64,000 bases of DNA from assembly GCA_964016885.1 (NCBI GenBank), contig OZ024747.1:33976001-34040000 (forward strand). Direction: 5' to 3'. Below are positions 56,345-64,000 of this stretch, piece by piece; within the stretch, counting starts at the first letter, position 1; each line of letters starts with the position of its first letter. Both the position numbers and the translations under genes were made by a program. The notes beneath the pieces were generated by a model. It ran no database searches. It worked only from the letters and a program-made list of their open reading frames with translations, and was not told the DNA's origin. This DNA comes from Eledone cirrhosa (Eukaryota).

Positions 56345-56945
56345 TGACTCTAGCTGTCATATTGGCTTTACATGTACAACACACTTCCACCGGTAATCAA
56401 CAAATATACAACGTCACGATTCTTAGCCATTTTGAATGAATTCTTGGCGCGAATACTTTGGAAAATTTAGTGTCTGGATCAGAGCAAATCTTCTGAAGAG
56501 TCCGATGCTCGAGTTACATAAATATTGGAAATCTCAAAATGCGGACGAAACCATGGTAGAGGTATTTAAATGTATTCTATTTTCTCCTAGTTTATTTTAT
56601 ACCTAATTCTGTTTAATTGACTGTATCTGGGCGATTACGCTGTCGAAATATTCGATAAATATTCCGTTGCGGGCGACGCGAAGGGCTAGTTTCGGTTATT
56701 TGTTAGAGATTTCTTCATAGAAGCCTCATTCTTATAGCCTGGTCTATTCGATTTTTCTATATAGTTAATTATGCTAATTGGGAGAGGAAATGGTATATAT
56801 TTTATCTGGTGATTCTATAGACATGTTTTATGATATATAGCTCTGATTATTTAATTTATTAAATTTTCATTGAGCCACAAAATGACCCGTTGCAAAACAC
56901 GTACATGTATGTATGTATATATATATATATAAGTAAACTTTTATA
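56345..56945 (+). mobile_element. Family C copy, circularly permuted relative to 48192-48825
   Basis: Block ttaatttattaaattttcattgagccac...gtaaactttta is 3'-terminal here and 5'-terminal in the other copy. Confidence 0.8.
56489..56562 (+). ncRNA. Canonical type I hammerhead ribozyme with long stem II (family C)
   Basis: tctt CTGAAGA GTCCG...CGGAC GAAA CCATGG TA gagg; palindromic stem III ACCATGGT; GUA site at 56556-56558. Confidence 0.85.
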
Positions 56946-56958
56946 TATATATATATAT

Positions 56959-57665
56959 ATAAAGAATTAATATATCTAGTAACATATATATACACAGATG
57001 CATACATATGCTAGCAAATATATAGGTTTTGTCTTAGTAACTTTGTGGTTCAATGCATGGGGATGCAGAACAATAATATGAGAGACGTAAAATAAGAAAA
57101 TTATAAAATTAACTTACTTACTAAAATTTCACTCCAACTAATTGGTTTCTGAAAGGGAATAAACATACTTTCTGAAGAAACGTACGGAGAACCCTTTCGT
57201 CATCAGGGAAGTCTATTCTCAGCTAAGTTTCCAGGCAATATGTGGACACAGGGAAGTTATACAAAAATAATTCAGTGGATGGAAAAAAGCAAAGCGTGGA
57301 CTAAATTCCAAGCCATTGAAAAAATCCCTGCCTACTGCGTCGGTGGCAAATTCAAAAGAATCAGTCACGTGACATCGAGGTCAATCAGTGAAGAGTGGTT
57401 TGTTAAGAAGACAGCAGCCGGACCGTTACTGTAGTAGCAGTTTTAGCCAATTTCTGCTCAACAAAATAATTTGGAGATAATTATAAAGAATTAATATATC
57501 TAGTAACATATATATACACAGATGCATACTTATGCTAGCAAATATATAGGTTTTGTTTTAGTAACTTTGTGGTTCAATGCATGGGGATGCAGAACAATAA
57601 TATGAGAGACGTAAAATAAGAAAATTATAAAATTAACTTACTTACTAAAATTTAACTCCAACTAA
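56959..57665 (-). mobile_element. Family B element, 1.35 tandem monomers of 524 bp
   Basis: aaagaattaatatatctag at 56961 and 57485; ~180-bp near-identical direct repeat; (TA)n flanks. Confidence 0.8.
57132..57210 (-). ncRNA. Type I hammerhead with extended stem II (family B)
   Basis: ttcc CTGATGA c GAAAGGG...CCCTTTC a GAAA CCAATTAG TT ggag. Confidence 0.7.
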
Positions 57666-57672
57666 TATATAT

Positions 57673-57885
57673 ATAGGAACGAGTAGGACCCCGACAGCTG
57701 AGCTCAAGCCGTTTCGACGGCTAATTATGGACTAAAAAAAGATTTTTTTTTTTAAGTCCAGAATTAGCCGTCGAAGCGGGTTGAGCTCAGCCGTCGGGGT
57801 CCTACTCGTTCCTATTACCCACTCTACTAGTATTGAGTACTTTGGTGCGTTATGGTCCACCTGGTTCCTTACCACATTTCCTTCG

Positions 57886-57886
<1 letters not shown>
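57673..57886 (+). mobile_element. Family M fold-back mini-element, copy 2
   Basis: ~65-70-bp arms, same tail as 51459. Confidence 0.8.
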
Positions 57887-57929
<43 letters not shown>

Positions 57930-58101
57930 GACCTGAAACACTTATTCCGGTCAGATAGTAGTTTGTAAAATTGATAGTATCTAAGTTTGTTTCTTGTTTC
58001 CCTGTTGGCTACGTACAATATTTCTTGAGAAATTAAATTGTTTTATTTAGAGTTGCAGTCAATGTGAAAGAAAATATGTTTTAACTCATTTTAAATAACA
58101 C

Positions 58102-58281
58102 AAGTGGAGGCTCGTGTATAGGCACCGCGGAAAGGCAGCAGCCCCTATTTTCGTTTAGGATTTCATCAAGTGTTTGAATAAATTTTCATTTTATGTTTGC
58201 TTCATTTTACACAATACTAAAATAATGGCTAAACGTTTCTGAAGTAGCAACGCCACTAATTTTAGCCTCAAGTCGCCACTG
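58102..58281. mobile_element. hAT MITE
   Basis: TIRs aagtggaggctcg / caagtcgccactg; TSD aataacac/aacgacac. Confidence 0.55.
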
Positions 58282-58326
58282 AACGACACATACACACACG
58301 CAGACACACACAAACACACACACACA

Positions 58327-58418
<92 letters not shown>

Positions 58419-58462
58419 CACAGAGAAACATACACACGCGCGCACACACACACACACGCACA

Positions 58463-58508
<46 letters not shown>

Positions 58509-59377
58509 CACATACACACACATACATATATATATAAATATAAATGCATTTTAAAAGAAAAATATTTTACCTCCAAATAATTGCTTATAGCTTATGGTTT
58601 CAATTGGCAAATATTACTAATTCAGATAATTAACTAGTAATTAAGACGCCAAAATCATCAGTAATCATTAGTCTTAAATATACATTCAATCTTTTACAAG
58701 ACACATTCAAGTGAAATTAACTTGTGATGTAAAACATCCATCTATGTATTTGATTATAAATATACATAGAATTAGTAACACAACACTTAGTTCAAGTTAG
58801 TTCAGCATACCGAGAACAATTTTTTCACCTTATGTGGATGTTAAGCTCCGACTTTTAATGGTTATACGGAACAGGAAAAACAACCGTATGAACGCGCATG
58901 TGCAGAAACGGACACTTCACGCAAGTGATACAAAACCACAGGCGAAAGGTGTCAGGGAGATAACTGCGAATATCCGGAATAGATTGTTCAATCTGATTAG
59001 AATATTAGAATGTTGCTGTTATTCAATCCAGAGCTTTGTAGTTAGGCAAGAGGTGTTTCCAAACGTGTGGACAACGTGAGAAGATTTCATTGCTTATATT
59101 TAGGAAATCGCTATTGCGTAATCGTCTTAGAATATTTATCCTTTCATCAATACACAGTCCACACGACGGAATACCTATGGCTTCGACCTAGTTATGGCTT
59201 TCCATTGAATGGAGTAGTCTATATCTGAGTCTTTGAGGGACTATAAGTGGCTCGCGTTTGTCCCGGTACCTAAAGGACGACTGATGGTTTAGGACGCGTT
59301 CCTTAAATGTACAAAACACTTCCCCTGGACTGAGTGCTCTACCACTACGGATATTACCTTCCAGTGTTCCACCTTTA

Positions 59378-59493
<116 letters not shown>

Positions 59494-59869
59494 AATTGGA
59501 AATAGCACGAACAGTATATTTAAAGGATTTGTTTTTCTTTTTTAATTCTTTGATTCGTCAAAGTGACATTATTGAAAAGATGCGAGGAACAATCTTTTTG
59601 TTTTGAAAAAGTAGTTTTATAATGTTTATAAATTATAAAATATAACCGGTTTCGATGTATCAGTGTAATCTATTTTATGAAATGTTGAAAAAAAAAAAAA
59701 CAATTAAAAAGGATTAACAAATTAAAGATTTAAAATTAAGTGTTGAAGCAAATTTTTTCAGTTTCTTGTTGAGAAGAAGACTGGATTTAAAACAATGGGG
59801 AACCTCCTATCATTACTACAAAAATACCGCAATAGCCTGACCACAAAATAATTTGAATACATAAGCCAT

Positions 59870-61520
59870 TTAAAATGTGATCCAAGTACTGTTTACGGTT
59901 TACCGAAGATACACAATTGTAAACTCATAAAAGTTGCCCGTGACACTTTGACTAAGAAATACATACAATTAACACCACCAGAGGACTTAAATCTCAGACC
60001 AATTATAGCTGGCCCAGCATGTGAAGCACTCAGATTTAGCAAATTCCTGGACATCCTATTAAATCCTTTTCTAAAACATATACAGAGTTACATACGGGAT
60101 GATATTTATATGCTGACAGACCAACCAAAAACTGTAAGTGAAGACACAGTTCTTGTCTCCTTTGACGTAGTAACCCTCTACAATAACATACCCCACAACT
60201 ATGGAATAACGGAAAACCAGTACTGGCTAGAAAGACACCAATCTAAAATACCCACACGCACAAAGAAAAACTTCATAATTGACGGACTCCGATTTATCTC
60301 ACAGAGAAATTATTTTACTTTCAATGCTTCAACATACCGGCAAATGACAGGCAATTGACACAGTGGTAGTCACCACATACGCCAACAATACATCTAAAAA
60401 ATAATTGGAAGAGATAACTAGACGATTGCTTTATATTATGGTCGGAAAACATGAATACACTCACTATGTTCAAAAGTATGATGAACAACATTAACAATAA
60501 CATACAATTCACAATGAAATCCAACTCCAATGAATTAGCCTTCTTGGATATCCTTATTTTAAAAACAGATGGGAAAATGGAAACTGACATCTTTTATAAA
60601 CCCAATTTCCTAAATATAAGCAATGAAATCTTCTCACGTTGTCCACACGTTTGGAAACACCTCTTGCCTAACTCCAAACAACCTGCTCTTCACATCAAGT
60701 CACCCTAAATATACCAAAGTTAACATTCCTTTTAACGTAGATAAACGTATATGCACCACAGTATCAGACCCAACTAAACTGGAACAAATACTAAATAAAC
60801 TAAAAACACACTTACCTTGAGAGCCTTCCCACTTGACATAATTAATAACGGAATAGACAGAGCAAAACACGCACAGTTTCATCAATATAACAATCCAAGT
60901 CACAGAACCACGAACAATACCTTACAGGCTTCATGCCCTGAAACACAGAAATGTTCGAGCTCTTACACAAAAACCTGCCCATCCTATCTAATGATAAAAA
61001 AATGAAAAAGTCCTTGAAACACACAATATCATTAAAACTAAAAGGCAACCCAAATCACTAAAACACATTCGCACTGTAACAAATATACACAAACCAATTC
61101 CCAATCCTACAGTAATAAAATGCGGAAGAACAAACTGTGACACATGCCTATACTTAATTGAATGGAAAAATTCACATTTAAAAATGGCCAAACTTTACAT
61201 TGAAAAATACTTCATTTGCAACTCAGAGAACATAATCTACGTAATCACATCCGGTGGATGTGGACATAACTACATAAGACAGACAGGTATACCATTGCAA
61301 AACAGAATCCATCGCCAACAAATCCGAGACGAAAAAACAAGAAAAATTCCCTTAAGTAGCCACATTGCAGATTGAACAGCAATGACCCTTACCCACTTTT
61401 AAATCTTCCCCATTTATAAGTGCTCAGATGCTTTCACAGAACAACAAAGAATAACTAAAGAGAAACTATTTCTTAACAGATTTAAACCAAAAATGCCCCC
61501 CATGAACTTATTCATAAGGA
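59870..61520 (+). mobile_element. PLE, Neptune-like, decayed
   Basis: YGLPKIH; LRPIIAGP; SFDVVTLYNNIPH; WKR*LDDCF; LAFLDILI; CGRTNCDTC; IIYVITSGGCGHNYIRQT; related to 30950-32471. Confidence 0.88.
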
Positions 61521-61615
61521 TCAGTTGACTAAGCACATACACCTGTCTGTCCCATACAGACACATATACAGATAGATCGATACATTTACACACAAACACG
61601 CGTGTGTGGTGTGTA

Positions 61616-61670
<55 letters not shown>

Positions 61671-61825
61671 TAAAATATATATAGAGCCCTCTTTGGATTT
61701 TAGTCTTCAAATTTATTATTATTACTCTATATATATATATATAATTATATATAGTAGTACAACACTGGAAGGTAATATCCGTAGTGGTAGAGCCCTCAGT
61801 CCATGGGACGAGTTAGGTGGAAGTG

Positions 61826-61956
61826 GTTACACAATAGTTAGTTCACCATACCGAGAACAGTTGTTTCACCTTAGCGGATGCTCAGCTAATTACGAGCTGA
61901 GGATCCGCTAAGGTGAAACAACTGTTCTCGGTATGGTGAACTAACTATCGTGTAAC
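61826..61956. repeat. Fold-back (~60-bp arms) around a hammerhead
   Basis: agttagttcaccataccgagaacagttgtttcaccttagcggat mirrored; degenerate single arm at ~58795-58850. Confidence 0.8.
61893..61930 (+). ncRNA. Minimal type I hammerhead ribozyme
   Basis: CGAG CTGAGGA tCC-gctaa-GGt GAAA CAACTG TT CTCG. Confidence 0.7.
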
Positions 61957-62034
61957 GACTTCTATATATATATACATATATGTATATATGAAAAATGTGA
62001 AAATATTGCGTGCTGCGTGGTTGTAAATGGGTTA

Positions 62035-62582
62035 CATATGAATAAATTTAGTCCTTCGTCAGTGACCTTCCAGCCTTCATTGGTATTTCATCGCTTTAAA
62101 GACCATATACCTCTTGTTGGTGCGAGCAACGGCTAAAGAAAGTCGTTGGGACACGTAAATAGGGGGAACGAGCGAGACAGTAAACAAACAAAATGGTAAT
62201 GCAACGAAAAGTGGGGAAGAAAGAGTCAAGTACCTGAAATCGATGAACATAAGTTCTGTGAAATCGTAGACGAGAGAGAATAAAGACCATCCGAACTGGT
62301 CGAAGTGTGAGTGAGGAAAGAATCGGATGGTCTTTACTCTCTCTCGTCTACGATTTCACAGAACTTATGTTCATTGATTTCAGGGACTTGACTCTTTCTT
62401 CCCCATTTTTAGTTGCATTACCATCTCTGTTTGTTTACTGCCTCACTCGTTCCCCCTATTTACGTGTCCCAACGACTTTCTTTAGCCGTTGCTCGCACCA
62501 ACCAGAGGTATATGGTCTTTAAAGCGATGAAAAACCAATGAAGGCTAGAAGATCACTGACGAAGGACTAAATTTATTCATAT
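62035..62582. repeat. Long fold-back (~258-bp arms, ~30-bp spacer) with unpaired tail at ~61990-62034
   Basis: 62035-62292 is the reverse complement of 62323-62582; (TA)n flanks. Confidence 0.9.
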
Positions 62583-62589
62583 ATATATA

Positions 62590-63118
62590 TTATCATAATC
62601 ATCAGGTCTAGCTTGCTCGGCTTTCTACGACACTTTTCCTCCATCCATCTATGTCTCTCATAGCGTTTGCCAGTTCTTCTGCAGTGCACCCGGTATCGAC
62701 CTCAGGTTGCTTGACCTATGTCTTGGGACGACCACCGTTTCTTGCTCCATGAGATGGACTTCATAACAACACATCACATGCTATGTCTTCCTTGCTGCGC
62801 CAACAGTGGCCAGCAAATCTGAATCTCTGTCAACGTATTGATCTGCTGATAGGTGGTATATTGCCATAGAGATCCTTATTTGTTGGGTGTTAACATCAGA
62901 CTGGGAAAAGCCTGGGAAGCATTGAATGCAATGGAAAAGATATGGAAATCAAACCTGCCGACTTAAACTGAAAAGGAATTTCTTCAGAGCTGCTGTGGAA
63001 TCTGTACTTGTTTATGGCTCTAACACTTGGACGCTAACGTCGAAACTGGAGAAAAATGTAGACGGGGCATACACACGTATGGTCCGCGCTGCTTTAAACG
63101 TGTCTTGGAGGGAACACC

Positions 63119-63127
<9 letters not shown>
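62590..63127 (-). mobile_element. RTE LINE with inverted 5' segment (62892-63127 on plus)
   Basis: Plus: RLGKAWEAL..FFRAAVESVLVYGSNTW..WREHPTN; minus continues HPTNKDLYG..RFRFAGHCWR..GGRPKT; (gat) tail. Confidence 0.85.
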
Positions 63128-63180
<53 letters not shown>

Positions 63181-63185
<5 letters not shown>

Positions 63186-63374
63186 AACGAGTAGGACCCC
63201 GACGGCTGAGCTCAAGCCGTTTCGACGGCTAATTCTGGTCCAGAATTAGCCGTCGAAACGGCTTGAGCTCAGCCGTTGGGGTCCTACTCGTTCCTATTAC
63301 CCACTCTACTACCCTAAGTATTGAGTACTTTGGTGCGTTATGGTCCATCTGGTTCCTTACCACATTTCCTTCGT
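63181..63374 (+). mobile_element. Family M fold-back mini-element, copy 3
   Basis: 58-bp arms with a 1-nt loop, same tail. Confidence 0.8.
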
Positions 63375-63503
63375 TATATATATATATACAAGTGGAATCT
63401 TAGTAAAATCGAAGCTTTGGCTGTGGCCGCCAAGAAAAGTCGACCTACAATAGGAATGAGTTAGCAAAGCACTCAATAAATGGGAGGTCCTTAGAGTAAT
63501 AAC

Positions 63504-63688
63504 TGTTTCTACTTTTGGCACAAGGCCAGCAAGTACCCAGTACATTACTGGTACTTTATTTTATCGACCTCGTAAGGGTGAAAGGCAAAGTTAACCTCGG
63601 CGGGATTTGAACTCACAATGGCAAGGGCCGTAACTCTATGCGTCAAAGCATGGCGTCCGACCCTCTACTGATACTGCCAATCCACCGC
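63504..63688 (-). mobile_element. Meta-like SINE
   Basis: Reverse complement of the 3449 family; 15-bp TSD ccttagagtaataac. Confidence 0.88.
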
Positions 63689-63781
63689 CCTTAGAGTAAT
63701 AACATACGTTTGACAAATTGAACATTGCGGGAGGTAAAACCCAACCATACAATACCAAAGTAACGAAAGAACTAACAGGTT

Positions 63782-63834
<53 letters not shown>

Positions 63835-64000
63835 TAGTGTGTGTGTGTGTGTGTGTGTATATATGCAATTTCTCCCTCTCCCTCACGCACGCACACCACG
63901 AAATAAAAAAATATTCATACACATATTTTTCCAAATAACCTCTCGACCCACCGCAAAAAGACATGTGACTAGTAAACAAACTAAAACACACACACCACAC

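Overview
AT-rich, microsatellite-dense eukaryotic DNA. The repeat complement suggests a mollusc, probably an octopod cephalopod (inference). No intact host protein-coding gene, rRNA, true tRNA or CRISPR array is supported. The window is a nest of decayed mobile elements: RTE LINEs, two CRE-clade RLE retrotransposons, about seven Penelope-like elements (PLEs; RT plus GIY-YIG), two tRNA-headed SINE families, two hAT transposase pseudogenes, hAT MITEs, non-autonomous Helitrons and a 2.5-kb pyrimidine-rich minisatellite. The strongest signal is a set of at least four unrelated non-coding families with monomers of about 423, 486, 524 and 645 bp. They occur as >1-monomer tandem runs, circularly permuted copies and fold-back insertions inside (TA)n tracts. 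Three of the four carry type I hammerhead ribozymes, two with compensatory stem changes between copies. This fits a retrozyme-like (circular or multimeric RNA) system mobilised in trans by PLEs. The fourth family has the same architecture but no canonical hammerhead. Coordinates were read by eye and may be off by a few bases; no searches or folding were run.
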